From positions 3,615-67,614 of the forward strand of contig JBBTTC010000004.1 of NCBI GenBank assembly GCA_038064435.1: DNA of 64,000 bases, read 5' to 3'. The notes under the pieces were generated by a model. The model was not told the DNA's origin. It was given only the letters and a program-made list of their open reading frames with translations, and did no database searches. A program made the translations under genes and the position numbers. Every line of letters starts with the position of its first letter. The first letter of the stretch is position 1. Below are positions 1 to 11,570 of the stretch, in pieces. This stretch comes from Patescibacteria group bacterium. GTDB lineage: Bacteria > Patescibacteriota > Minisyncoccia > Phycocordibacterales > JACOZG01.

Positions 1-301
1 TTCTAATGATTTTGATTTGGCAAATGCTAGGTAAATAAAAAGGATTCCTGGTAGTGGTGAAATTAAACTACCGTAGTCGCACACGATGGAACCAAAACAA
101 TCTAGGTACGCACGGATTGACCCGACCGCAAACCATACTAAACCTAATATTAAGAAGCCCCATTTCATACCAAATCGTCACACATTGTAGCATAAAAAGA
201 ACCACCCCTGCCCGTAAAGGCAAGGGTGGTGCTGTTAGTAACCCTAGTATACATGTGTCACGCAAAAAAACAATGGGGTGTGGGTAACTTGAGATTTAGT
301 G

Positions 302-375
302 CGCGGCCAACCGGACTTGAACCGGCAACCTCTCGCGTGACAGGCGAGTGCTCTAACCAGTTGAGCTATGGCCGC
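302..375 (-). tRNA. tRNA-Asp (anticodon GTC)
   Basis: Cloverleaf on minus strand: acceptor GCGGCCA/TGGCCGC, anticodon loop CTGTCAC, T-loop TTCAAGT. Confidence 0.85.
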
Positions 376-472
376 TTTCTTTGGACACAAAATATACTAC
401 TAGCAAATCAATGATAAATCCAGTGGCCGATTTCAGCTTGACTCCATTATACCATTGTATATACTTTGGTAT

Positions 473-751
473 ATGAATACTAAAACGATTCTAAATGTTA
501 AGACAGACAAAAAATTGAAGAAGGCGGCCCAGGAAACGGCCGAGGAGTTGGGCTTGCCCCTAAGTACGGCAGTTAATGCTTTCCTGAAGCAATTTGTCCG
601 AGAAAAGGAAATCCGCCTCTCGGCCGATAAATATCGCCCCACCGCCTATTTGGATAGGATTATTCGCGCGGCAGAAAACGAGTTTGCTCGCGGGCAAACC
701 AATGGCCCATTTACGAACAAAGAACTACTCGCCCACCTCAAGCGTTTGTAG
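473..751 (+). CDS. RelB/DinJ-family antitoxin (ribbon-helix-helix)
   Basis: About 92 aa, resembles DinJ/RelB antitoxins; stop lies 3 nt before the toxin-like ORF; start taken at second Met of ORF 455..751. Confidence 0.6.
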   Translation: MNTKTILNVKTDKKLKKAAQETAEELGLPLSTAVNAFLKQFVREKEIRLSADKYRPTAYLDRIIRAAENEFARGQTNGPFTNKELLAHLKRL

Positions 752-754
752 AAT

Positions 755-1015
755 ATGCGATATTTTTTGGCCAAAAGTTTCGAGAAGGAATTTAAAAAAT
801 TACCAGAAAAAATTAGGGCGCGGGCAATAAAACAGTTACAAATTTTCGTCCACAATCCGATGGATCCTCGCTTGTATAATCATGCTCTGTCTGGGCCGCT
901 AGCCAACCACCGAAGCATTAAGATTACTGGTGACATCCGCGCTCACTATGTATTAGTCGGCGAGGAAATTGTCAGATTCGTGGCCATCGGCCCCCACAGT
1001 AAACTATACAAATAA
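755..1015 (+). CDS. RelE/ParE (YafQ-like) type II toxin
   Basis: 86 aa, RelE/YafQ-like sequence, immediately downstream of the antitoxin. Confidence 0.6.
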   Translation: MRYFLAKSFEKEFKKLPEKIRARAIKQLQIFVHNPMDPRLYNHALSGPLANHRSIKITGDIRAHYVLVGEEIVRFVAIGPHSKLYK

Positions 1016-1057
1016 ATCAACCAGGATTGTGAGGTCACACCTTTCGGAAAGGAACAT

Positions 1058-3004
1058 CTAATTGGGGCCGCAGGAGGAGCCAACGATGGAGCCGGTTATT
1101 TGTTTGGAATAGCCATCACTATCCACACACCAACTTTGATCATCAGCATCTGGCAATGGCGCAGAGACGGCAAAAGCACCGACCTTGCCCAAATTGTTAA
1201 CGGTAGAAACACAAGTGACTTTAGTAGCATCGCCGCCGCCGGCTCGCTGGAGAGAATCATAAATCGACTCGTCAGCAAATAATGTTTGTGCTTTGTTGCT
1301 GCATGGACCCAATGTAAACGGTTTTGTCCCATAACCACCTTTTTCCTCATAGACTAGTTCGGCCTGCGCCCTAATTGACGACAAGTGGGCCTTGGTGCTG
1401 GCTGCGGCTTGCTTGTCTCTGGCCGTATTGAAACCTAGCGCCTCGAGTATTTCGCTAACTGGCTTAGCACTGGCCGGCACTTCAACTATTACCGGCTGAT
1501 TAATGTCCGACAGGGTGGTTTTGAAGAGAAGATTCACCTGCTTGTCTTTGAGCTGGATAGCTGTGTCGGGCGGTACTAATCTGATCCGGTACTCGGACGC
1601 AACAGGAAAACCTTGCCCATCAACCCACAACGAGACAGCAGTATTCTGATCATAATAATCAAAAACCTTAGAAAATTCGCTACTGTTTAGATACTCAATC
1701 AATCCTTGATCGTCAAAACCAGACTGACGATAATCTGCGAGTTCGGGATCCTTGTCAATTTCAGCAACTAGCTTTTTATAAAAAGGCAGAAGTGCGTCTT
1801 TACGAATCTTAAGATCGTATCGGTACAAAGACTGATTATCAACCTTATCTTTATACGGGGGATTCTTGAGCACAAAGAGCCTTTCGCTGTCGGCCAAAGC
1901 CACAACTTTTTTGATCAAATGGACAGACTTTTCCCGGGCGCTTTTAAATTTTTCTTCTATTTCGGGCAATTCCGACACGAGGTCAGATAACTCATCACGC
2001 CCACCAATACTCGACAAGTCATTGGCCGAAACCTTGATCCACTGGCCCTTAACCGCCGAAAGGTCAAAGAAGAAAACGGATGGGAAATTGTTTAGTCTAA
2101 AATAATAATCTGAACCCTTCTTCAGCGCCTCCGCCCCCACCTTGTAAGTTAGATCGCCACCGGTATCACCATCGGCGGCAAAATTAAAACGCCAACTGGA
2201 TGGGGACGACTGGCCCCAATCAGCGGTAGCGCTAATGGCAACAGACCCGCTGATATCCGGTGGGATACGACTCGCGCTCTCGGTGAGTTGTGCCAAGAGT
2301 GGTTTTCCTGGCTCACTGGGTAGATAAAAATAACTATAACTATCTTTGGTAAAAGTAATTTGCTGGCCAGAGACAACCAAGCGTCTGTCTTCATATCCAT
2401 TGTCTTCATAATATCCATATCTTTCCGCGGCGCGACGAATGGTCAAAATCGATTGAGGCAGATCAAATGTCACCTTGAGACTAAAGTTCTTGCCCCCGTC
2501 AGTGACTTGATATTGATATGGCTGATGGGAAACAGGATCCTCAAAGTTGATTTTACGGCGACTGGTGGATAATTTATCTAGTGAAGTTGGATAAGGAGAC
2601 TTTGACTGCGCCAAGGCTGATAAAATGTCCGTAGCGTCTTTTGCCCGTTGAGCATCATTTTTGTACTTTTCCAACTGTTGTGTGTCGTTATATTCAATAG
2701 TAAACGGCTTGGCTCCAGTCTCTCGTACCGTCACATTGAGAGAACCAGATAAGGCATAGGTCAATGAATGAACTTCCGTCAGCTTGTCGGTCAATCCGGT
2801 AAATAAATTCCCCTCGTCGTAGGGTGGTTGGGAAAAAGGTCCAATCTTTTTTGCATAAGCGTAAGCCGCGCCCATAGCACCGAGCAAGATTATGACCAAA
2901 AAAATCAGCGGGATTAAGTGAGACTTTTTAGGCGAAGCTGGTACCACCAGAGTCGGCGGCACTGCTGGAATTGGGGTCACCGGCATAGTTTCCATACTCA
3001 ACAT
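1058..3004 (-). CDS. membrane-anchored hypothetical protein (648 aa) with pilin-like C-terminal Cys-loop motif
   Basis: N-terminal TM helix, large extracytoplasmic region; C-terminus SWCVDSDG...C is shared with the major pilin and ORF 22055..22714. Confidence 0.5.
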   Translation of the reverse strand: MLSMETMPVTPIPAVPPTLVVPASPKKSHLIPLIFLVIILLGAMGAAYAYAKKIGPFSQPPYDEGNLFTGLTDKLTEVHSLTYALSGSLNVTVRETGAKPFTIEYNDTQQLEKYKNDAQRAKDATDILSALAQSKSPYPTSLDKLSTSRRKINFEDPVSHQPYQYQVTDGGKNFSLKVTFDLPQSILTIRRAAERYGYYEDNGYEDRRLVVSGQQITFTKDSYSYFYLPSEPGKPLLAQLTESASRIPPDISGSVAISATADWGQSSPSSWRFNFAADGDTGGDLTYKVGAEALKKGSDYYFRLNNFPSVFFFDLSAVKGQWIKVSANDLSSIGGRDELSDLVSELPEIEEKFKSAREKSVHLIKKVVALADSERLFVLKNPPYKDKVDNQSLYRYDLKIRKDALLPFYKKLVAEIDKDPELADYRQSGFDDQGLIEYLNSSEFSKVFDYYDQNTAVSLWVDGQGFPVASEYRIRLVPPDTAIQLKDKQVNLLFKTTLSDINQPVIVEVPASAKPVSEILEALGFNTARDKQAAASTKAHLSSIRAQAELVYEEKGGYGTKPFTLGPCSNKAQTLFADESIYDSLQRAGGGDATKVTCVSTVNNLGKVGAFAVSAPLPDADDQSWCVDSDGYSKQITGSIVGSSCGPN

Positions 3005-3049
3005 TAATTGTCCTATGGTTGAGTTTAATCAACAAGGGGATAAGTGTGA

Positions 3050-3123
3050 TGCCGGCGGGAGGAATCGAACCTCCGACCTTGGGCTTATGAGTCCCACGCT
3101 CTAGCCAACTGAGCTACACCGGC
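3050..3123 (-). tRNA. tRNA-Met or tRNA-Ile2 (anticodon CAT), elongator type
   Basis: Minus-strand cloverleaf GCCGGTG...CTCATAA...TTCGATT...CGCCGGC. Confidence 0.75.
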
Positions 3124-3130
3124 AAAATCT

Positions 3131-3203
3131 TGTTGCGGGGGCCGGAATTGCACCGGCGCCTAGAGGTTATGAGCCTCTCGAGTTACTGCTTCTCTACCCC
3201 GCG
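3131..3203 (-). tRNA. tRNA-fMet-like (anticodon CAT), initiator-type acceptor
   Basis: CGCGGGG...CTCATAA...CCCCCGCAAC resembles E. coli initiator tRNA including a C1:A72 mismatch; D and T arms are atypical. Confidence 0.6.
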
Positions 3204-3232
3204 CTGAAGCAGATTGTATTCTATCCCGAACG

Positions 3233-3805
3233 TCAAATATAATCAAATTCTCGAAAAACTTTTTCGTAGAGAGCAACAACGCGTTTGGCCTCACGCTCGG
3301 TGACCACCAAATTAACCTCGTGGGCAATGCGGTTGCGAAATTTATGGGCCTCCCAAGCATCGTCAAGAGTTAAAAAATCGCTCCGGTCAACAACCTTGAG
3401 CCGCTCGCCCAAATTCTCGCCAGAGTAACGCAGATTACGCAACAATTGATCCAGTAATTTATCGGCCTCAATAACCGCCAAGACCCAATCGCTCGGCTGA
3501 CGCGAGTCAATGTGGCGGCGCACCTGCTCCCATTGCCGATTGCGAAATTGTTTATCCTTAACACTCGACTCCAAAATATCAACGAAGTCCCTGATCTCGT
3601 TACGCCGCAAACGAAACAGTTTGACGCCCAAAACTAAAATACCAGCAGCAAACACCAGAGTTAAAAAAGATAAAATAATTTTAAACCAAAAAATCTCCCG
3701 CGATAAATCCGGCGTAGCCGCCGGCGCATTGATGAAAAACTCATAAAGTTTGAGGAAGAAAAACTCTAAGTTAATAAAGCCCGGATCGTAATTAGCCGTA
3801 ACCAT
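3233..3805 (-). CDS. hypothetical membrane protein
   Basis: 190-aa ORF with one N-terminal TM segment; no recognised domain. Confidence 0.4.
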   Translation of the reverse strand: MVTANYDPGFINLEFFFLKLYEFFINAPAATPDLSREIFWFKIILSFLTLVFAAGILVLGVKLFRLRRNEIRDFVDILESSVKDKQFRNRQWEQVRRHIDSRQPSDWVLAVIEADKLLDQLLRNLRYSGENLGERLKVVDRSDFLTLDDAWEAHKFRNRIAHEVNLVVTEREAKRVVALYEKVFREFDYI

Positions 3806-3811
3806 AAATCA

Positions 3812-5218
3812 TTAGTAACCCAAGCGCCGGCCGATGGTAAACAACCACTCCTCGGCTCCGGCCGGCGCGATTAATTGCAAACCGAGAGGTAAATTATTAA
3901 CTCGGCCCATGGGTAAAGAAATGGCTGGCACGCCAGCTAAATTGGCTGGCACAGTAAAAATGTCTTCCAAATACATCGCCACCGGATCAGTACTGCGCTC
4001 ACCCGGCCGAAAGGCTGGTCCGGTGGTCGTGGGTGTGGCAATAAAATCTACCTCTTCCAATACACGCTTAGTCTCGGCAGTAATAGCCGCCCGCACGCCC
4101 ACGGCCTTGGCGTAGTACGCCTCATAATAACCGGCCGACAAAACGTAGGTGCCAATCATAATGCGCCGGCGCGGTTCAGAACCAAAACCAGCACCACGGG
4201 TAACGGCATAATCATCCACCAGATCTTCGCCGGCTTGATAATAGCCGTAACGCACGCCATCGTAACGAGCTAAGTTGGTTGAAGCCTCGGCCGGCATGAT
4301 AATGTAGTAAACTGCCAGTGCCTGACGCCAATGTGGCAAATCGACGGTCACAATGTCGGCGTTAGCGTCACGGAGTTTGGCTAGGGCCTGCTCAAACTGC
4401 GCCGCCACCGCCGGATCCAGTCCCGACTCCAAAAAGGCATGCGGCACACCCACCTTTATTTTTTGGGGCAACGGTCGCGGCGGAGGATAATCTTGACTGG
4501 TGGAATCTAGCGGGTCACACCCCGCAATTGCGCCATACAAACTGGCAACACAATCTACTGTTCGTCCCAGCGGTCCAATTTGATCGAGAGACGAACCAAG
4601 TGCCATAAGACCACTGCGCGACACAGCGCCATAGGTTGTTTTAAGACCAATCACCCCACAAAAACTGGCTGGCTGACGAATAGAGCCACCAGTGTCGGAA
4701 CCCAATGCTGCCAAGGCCACACCAGCAGCCACAGCCGCGGCTGAACCGCCCGACGATCCGCCGGCCACCCGTTCGGGATCAAGCGGATTACGCACCCAAC
4801 CGTAGGCCGAATTTTCAGTAGAACTGCCCATAGCAAACTCATCCATGTTGGTTCGGCCAAGCAAGACGGCGCCGGCGCGGCGCAGACGGTCGATTGCCGT
4901 GGCATCATAACTGGCGCGATAGTTTTCTAAAATTCTTGACGCCGCGCCGGCGCTCCGACCTCGAATCAAAATGTTGTCTTTAATTGCCAGTGGGATACCG
5001 AGCAAAGGATTGGGATCATTGTTGGCCCGCAATTTCTCGTCAGCGCTCGCGGCTTGATCCAGAGCATCAGCAAAAACTTCACGATAAATATTTAGGCGCG
5101 GATTTTCTAATTTAGCTCGCTCCCAATAGGCCGAGACTAATTCCGTCGCCGTGTAATCGCCTCGGCGTAGAGCCAAGCCAGCACTGGCAATAGTTAGATG
5201 ATTATGATCGAGTTTCAT
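3812..5218 (-). CDS. gatA: Asp/Glu-tRNA amidotransferase subunit A
   Basis: Amidase signature GGSSGGSAAAVAAG in a 468-aa protein. Confidence 0.95.
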   Translation of the reverse strand: MKLDHNHLTIASAGLALRRGDYTATELVSAYWERAKLENPRLNIYREVFADALDQAASADEKLRANNDPNPLLGIPLAIKDNILIRGRSAGAASRILENYRASYDATAIDRLRRAGAVLLGRTNMDEFAMGSSTENSAYGWVRNPLDPERVAGGSSGGSAAAVAAGVALAALGSDTGGSIRQPASFCGVIGLKTTYGAVSRSGLMALGSSLDQIGPLGRTVDCVASLYGAIAGCDPLDSTSQDYPPPRPLPQKIKVGVPHAFLESGLDPAVAAQFEQALAKLRDANADIVTVDLPHWRQALAVYYIIMPAEASTNLARYDGVRYGYYQAGEDLVDDYAVTRGAGFGSEPRRRIMIGTYVLSAGYYEAYYAKAVGVRAAITAETKRVLEEVDFIATPTTTGPAFRPGERSTDPVAMYLEDIFTVPANLAGVPAISLPMGRVNNLPLGLQLIAPAGAEEWLFTIGRRLGY

Positions 5219-5522
5219 TCTTGATCTTACCGATCAATACTGGTTTAACAGCAATCTGGCCAGCGCGCGAGCGCGGCGCGGCGGCGACGAGTTCCTCGTC
5301 GCCAGCCGCGGCTGGCACCGCCGGGCCGGCCAAGTCATCATCACGCCAAACATTCTTTAGTCGCAAATCGATGCTAGTTCCAGACTCCACGCTGATCGCC
5401 TTGAGTTGATCAACGTAGTCAAGAACAGCGCCGAGATCTTTTTGCCAAGCGACTTTGCCATCGTCAGTTACCCGCAAGCGTGACAATACCACCAACTTTT
5501 TAATGTCATCCGACGAAATCAT
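5202..5522 (-). CDS. gatC: Asp/Glu-tRNA amidotransferase subunit C
   Basis: About 100 aa, GatC-like, overlaps the gatA start. Confidence 0.8.
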   Translation of the reverse strand: MISSDDIKKLVVLSRLRVTDDGKVAWQKDLGAVLDYVDQLKAISVESGTSIDLRLKNVWRDDDLAGPAVPAAAGDEELVAAAPRSRAGQIAVKPVLIGKIKNETRS

Positions 5523-5537
5523 ACGAGCATCTTAGCA

Positions 5538-7556
<2,019 letters not shown>

Positions 7557-7561
7557 TTATT

Positions 7562-8098
7562 CTAATAGTAGTCGTTATAGTCAACCAGCAAACTGCGCTC
7601 GGTGCGTCGCGGATTGCTAGACACGCAACCGCTACCCGAGCCTATATTGTAACCGCTAGCCTCAATCAAGGTATCTGTCTGATCAGGATCCGCTGGTATT
7701 CTCTTGGTAACCTTCACGTCAACACAGGCACCATTATCTAATGCCAAACTGAATTGGGAAACTTGATTGCTAGGATGAGAAATAGTGAATACATTACTCA
7801 AACAAGAAGGGCCGGGGCCGCTGGCAGAAGCAAAAGAATCATTATTATTGCCAATCATAGCGCCAAAAACTTTGGGAGCAGAACCCGGATCAACGTAGGG
7901 ATAAACGTTGTCCCAATAGTGGGCGCACTCCAAACCAGTGAGCGCCGCATAATATGATTTGAGCGACTCGCGGGCTGTGGTGGAGATCAAAATTTGCTTG
8001 TAAGTGATGTTGAAGAGACTCAAACTAACGGTCAAGACAATGCTTACCAACAGTACGGCGTAGAAGAGTACGAATCCTTGGCTAAAATATTTTCTCAT
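7562..8098 (-). CDS. putative minor pilin-like protein (non-canonical N-terminus)
   Basis: N-terminal hydrophobic helix (SQGFVLFYAVLLV) lacking Glu5; last gene of the pseudopilin run. Confidence 0.35.
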   Translation of the reverse strand: MRKYFSQGFVLFYAVLLVSIVLTVSLSLFNITYKQILISTTARESLKSYYAALTGLECAHYWDNVYPYVDPGSAPKVFGAMIGNNNDSFASASGPGPSCLSNVFTISHPSNQVSQFSLALDNGACVDVKVTKRIPADPDQTDTLIEASGYNIGSGSGCVSSNPRRTERSLLVDYNDYY

Positions 8099-8102
8099 TT
8101 CA

Positions 8103-8711
8103 TCAATTGCTGGTCTTAAACAAATTTTGCACTAGGGTAACCGACTGAGATTGACCGCGATCGATCCAGTCAACGGTCGATGTAACTTTAAGCTCCTTGC
8201 CGGCAACAACTTCCTCAATCGTAAGCGTTCGGAAATATAAAAATCCAGACCAATAACCACCGCCGGCCGGATCGCCAAGAAACGACACGCACTCTACAAA
8301 GTCCACCGCTTGATTACAAATTTCATAATTATGATAAATATTATCGCCCAAATAAAGCCTTAGTGCTCTTATGGGATCACTTGGGCTAGGCAAGGGGGCA
8401 ATATTTATTTGCGACCCGCCATTTGCGGTCGTAACATCCACATAACAACCATTAGTAAAACAGGCGTTTAGTTTATTGTCCCAATCCGTGCCAGAACCTA
8501 ACGCTTGATTGAAATTACGTTGATTGATCACCGCCTCGAGAGCCTCTTGAGCCAAATAAGAACCGATAAGATAATTTTGCGCGTATCGCCCATCGCTAAT
8601 GCCGCGTGAGGCCATGGCCAAGGGGCCCAACACGCCAATGACCAAAATGGTGATGGCCACCAGCATCTCGACAAGAGTAAACCCGCGTTTGTGTTTAAAA
8701 AAATGATTCAT
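8103..8711 (-). CDS. type IV prepilin-like minor pilin / pseudopilin
   Basis: Class III signal KRGFTLVEMLVAI. Confidence 0.8.
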   Translation of the reverse strand: MNHFFKHKRGFTLVEMLVAITILVIGVLGPLAMASRGISDGRYAQNYLIGSYLAQEALEAVINQRNFNQALGSGTDWDNKLNACFTNGCYVDVTTANGGSQINIAPLPSPSDPIRALRLYLGDNIYHNYEICNQAVDFVECVSFLGDPAGGGYWSGFLYFRTLTIEEVVAGKELKVTSTVDWIDRGQSQSVTLVQNLFKTSN

Positions 8712-8713
8712 GT

Positions 8714-9325
8714 TTAATCAGAAATGGTGGTTTGCAATGTAAATTCAACCGGGTTACGCGGATCAACCACTCGCGCACTAAGCACCACTGACACCCGCGG
8801 GGCGGCTGGCTCGGTCGTTGGTAAATCAGGATGATCTTGATTACCATCCACATAAAATCGCAAGTCGGTGACTTCAACGCTCGGCAACGTAATTTGATTG
8901 GTTAGTGTATTTAAATTAATCGACCCACCGCTCGTTTCATCTGCAAATTTTATTGAGCCGGGAATTTCGCCGCTGGTGGGACGAAAAGCATAGAGAGCAT
9001 ACTGGCCGCTACTATCTTTAAGCAATAAACCTTCGCCGCCGTTACTGTCATCGCCAAAACCACAATTCTTATTACTAGCAGTGCCAATATTAATAGAGCC
9101 ACTGGCTTGATTAATGCAATGGCGTGTCTCAAAATATTTAATATTGTAAGCCATGTTTTCCAAGACGAAATGCAAATTGTCAGTCACCAATTTAATAGCC
9201 TGCACGCGCCGATTAACACGATTGGCCGTGAGCACCGCCCCAGTGGCTACCAAAGCCACCATCGAGAAAATCGTCACCGCCACCATGATCTCGATTAATG
9301 TAAAGCCGCGTTTGGTCATGAACAA
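8714..9325 (-). CDS. type IV prepilin-like minor pilin / pseudopilin
   Basis: Class III signal KRGFTLIEIMVAV. Confidence 0.8.
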   Translation of the reverse strand: MFMTKRGFTLIEIMVAVTIFSMVALVATGAVLTANRVNRRVQAIKLVTDNLHFVLENMAYNIKYFETRHCINQASGSINIGTASNKNCGFGDDSNGGEGLLLKDSSGQYALYAFRPTSGEIPGSIKFADETSGGSINLNTLTNQITLPSVEVTDLRFYVDGNQDHPDLPTTEPAAPRVSVVLSARVVDPRNPVEFTLQTTISD

Positions 9326-9948
9326 GTATAACCGTTAACCGTACCGGAGAACGGCTCGGCCAAAATTTGACCAGTAGAGACGACCCTAACGATCTGGCAA
9401 CGCTGTTGCTTGTCGCGGAGGGAATTTAAAACAATACCAATCTGGGTATACCCGGCACCCCCACCCAAGGTACCACCAGTGTTGTTGGTAAAAACAGCGT
9501 CAAGCTTGGGGCGGACAAACAAAACATTAAATGCCGACAACGGAGTGGCAAGATCACAACCAGACGAACAGTTGAGTCTAGCCAAAATGTTGACTCCGCC
9601 CGGCAGATTATAAGTTTCTATGCATTCAGTATTGCCGGAACCACAGCCAGAACCAACATCATAATAATTATTTTCAGTGGGTACGAAATCAGCGTACAAA
9701 ATTAAACTATTTGCACCGCCAAAATAAATCCCGTGGGAAGGAAATTTGCCAGCGAAGGACCGAGTGCCGACGCCGTAACTTTGTGCCTGACGAATAGTGA
9801 CGGCAATCTCCTGTGCTACCAACTCCAAAATAGTTTTGTCGCGGAAGCTTGGCAGATCAGCGATCACCACACTAGTGATGACGGTAAAAATACCGAGCAC
9901 CACCAACATCTCAATGAGCGAAAAACCGCGTTTAAAAGAAAAAAACAT
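9316..9948 (-). CDS. type IV prepilin-like minor pilin / pseudopilin
   Basis: Class III signal KRGFSLIEMLVVL. Confidence 0.8.
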   Translation of the reverse strand: MFFSFKRGFSLIEMLVVLGIFTVITSVVIADLPSFRDKTILELVAQEIAVTIRQAQSYGVGTRSFAGKFPSHGIYFGGANSLILYADFVPTENNYYDVGSGCGSGNTECIETYNLPGGVNILARLNCSSGCDLATPLSAFNVLFVRPKLDAVFTNNTGGTLGGGAGYTQIGIVLNSLRDKQQRCQIVRVVSTGQILAEPFSGTVNGYTCS

Positions 9949-10681
9949 TTAGATTGAAAAAAAAGTTGAGGGCAAAACCGAGCGCCAAGAAAGGCGCAAA
10001 CGGCACCTCCGCCTTAATTGTAGAATATCGTCCCACAGCGAGCAATGCCAAGCCCACACCAGCCCCGCTCCAAAACGACCAAACCATGGCACCTAAGGCG
10101 CCCGGCCAACCAAGAAGAAAGCCGAGGGCGAGGGCGAGTTTGGCGTCGCCCAAACCAAGCCAACGGCCGCGCGAACCCGCCCACAACAGAGCAAAAAATC
10201 CGGCCCAGCCAGCGCCGGTGGCCAAATACCACCAGCGATCGGGTTGAACTAGAGCATAAATTAAGGCTAGAGCGATAAGTAAATACACCGGCCCATCGGG
10301 AATAATTTGGTGCCGCCAATCATAGACTACGATCACAACGATCAAACTCATTACCAACCACCAAAGCAACCACCACCAATTAACTCCGGCCGGGCCGGCC
10401 GGAAATTTGCTGGCCACGGCGGCAAAGAGCGCCGCCGTGGCCAGCTCCACCAGCGGGTACTGCCAAGAAATTTTAGCGCGGCAGTAACGGCAACGGCCGC
10501 CCAAAAACAAAAAACTGAAAAGTGGTACCAGATCATACCAGGCGAGTTGCTGGCCGCAGGCCAAGCACAGCGATCGGCCGGCCACCGTGCGCCCGGTATT
10601 AAGTCGGTAAACAACAACATTCAAAAAACTGCCAACAATCAAGCCAAGGATAAACGTAAATACCAAAGTCAATTCCACCAC
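9932..10681 (-). CDS. pilD: prepilin peptidase (A24 family)
   Basis: N-terminal CxxC...CxxC zinc motif and polytopic membrane domain typical of PilD. Confidence 0.85.
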   Translation of the reverse strand: MVELTLVFTFILGLIVGSFLNVVVYRLNTGRTVAGRSLCLACGQQLAWYDLVPLFSFLFLGGRCRYCRAKISWQYPLVELATAALFAAVASKFPAGPAGVNWWWLLWWLVMSLIVVIVVYDWRHQIIPDGPVYLLIALALIYALVQPDRWWYLATGAGWAGFFALLWAGSRGRWLGLGDAKLALALGFLLGWPGALGAMVWSFWSGAGVGLALLAVGRYSTIKAEVPFAPFLALGFALNFFFNLNVFFF

Positions 10682-10713
10682 CCCCTCATTCTATCGCTTG
10701 CCAGCGCTAATCT

Positions 10714-10740
10714 CACTGTCAAGGACGATCCTTGACAGTG
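10714..10740. repeat. REP-like 27-nt palindrome cactgtcaaggacgatccttgacagtg (copy 1)
   Basis: 12-bp perfect stem with 3-nt loop; identical copy at 11438..11464; overlaps the 3' end of the RAYT ORF. Confidence 0.85.
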
Positions 10741-11405
10741 GAATACTCGATCCAATCGGAAACGAATTCCTGAAACTCATGCGCTTGATTAAAGTAATCT
10801 GGAAAATTTTTGTTGCCCGACAAGATTGAATCCGATGGTCGGGGCCTATCTCTATAGTAGGCGTAACTTGAATATTCATATTTATCAAGAAACTGTTGAG
10901 CAAATCTGGCGTCAATTATTATCTTGCTCTCCCAATTATGCGGATCAACTGTTTTCACGGGATTAAGATGAATATACGCAAAAAGATATTTAAGATACTC
11001 GTTATTATCAATATGGCTAGCTTTAAAAGTACCCTCGAACAAACTACCGCTTCGATTCTGCTTTTTATTGAAGTACATCGAGTATCCAGTTAAAAGCTTT
11101 TTCATAAAAATTGTCACACCATTATCGTCTTTTGCCCTTACCAATAAATGAAAATGATTGGGCATTAAACAGTAGGCCCCAATATCAACCATTTTTTCGC
11201 CGAACGATCTTGACCACAGATGGCTAATTGTCAAGGACGATCCTTGCCAGTCGCTGAGATGCACTGTTTGACGAAAATTTGCCACATGAAGCAAAACAAG
11301 AAAGCGAAGGTAGTCGCCATGGCCTAAAAATATTTGCCGACGATCGGTACCGCGATTGTAGAGATGATAATACTGGTCAGTAGCAAAAGCTGTTTTTCTT
11401 TGCAC
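10719..11405 (-). CDS. REP-associated tyrosine transposase (RAYT, IS200/IS605 TnpA-like Y1 HuH)
   Basis: HuH motif YCLMPNHFHLLV and conserved Tyr region; flanked by REP hairpins. Confidence 0.8.
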   Translation of the reverse strand: MQRKTAFATDQYYHLYNRGTDRRQIFLGHGDYLRFLVLLHVANFRQTVHLSDWQGSSLTISHLWSRSFGEKMVDIGAYCLMPNHFHLLVRAKDDNGVTIFMKKLLTGYSMYFNKKQNRSGSLFEGTFKASHIDNNEYLKYLFAYIHLNPVKTVDPHNWESKIIIDARFAQQFLDKYEYSSYAYYRDRPRPSDSILSGNKNFPDYFNQAHEFQEFVSDWIEYSTVKDRP

Positions 11406-11437
11406 AAAATAATTTTAACACCTCCCTATCGATAAGT

Positions 11438-11464
11438 CACTGTCAAGGACGATCCTTGACAGTG
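11438..11464. repeat. REP-like 27-nt palindrome (copy 2, identical)
   Basis: Exact repeat of 10714..10740, upstream of the RAYT gene. Confidence 0.85.
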
Positions 11465-11480
11465 GGCGCAGGAAAACAAA

Positions 11481-11504
11481 AACCCCGTGAGGGGTTTTTG
11501 TGGC
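11481..11504. terminator. bidirectional intrinsic terminator-like hairpin
   Basis: aaaaaccccgtgaggggttttt: GC stem with A- and T-runs on either side. Confidence 0.5.
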
Positions 11505-11554
11505 TGTGTCAGGACAGTGCGCTCGTGTGTCCGAAAGGACGGTCCTTGACAGTC
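11500..11554. repeat. degenerate REP-like elements
   Basis: gtcaggacagtg ... aaggacggtccttgacagtc, partial matches to the REP consensus. Confidence 0.5.
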
Positions 11555-11570
11555 AACGGCTAGGATAGTT

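Noticed and set aside
200-235. Hairpin ccacccctgcc...ggcaagggtgg downstream of tRNA-Asp, considered as part of a small RNA (SRP/6S)
   Set aside because: No match to SRP or 6S conserved motifs by eye. It is probably a terminator-like structure or chance.
10307-10735. Plus-strand ORFs overlapping pilD (9954..10247, 10307..10735)
   Set aside because: Pro/Arg-rich low-complexity translations, antisense to a well-supported prepilin peptidase.
11227-11252. REP-like sequence inside the RAYT coding region, considered as evidence of a nested insertion or pseudogenisation
   Set aside because: The copy is diverged at both stem ends and the reading frame is intact through it. It is treated as a degenerate in-frame relic, not a disruption.
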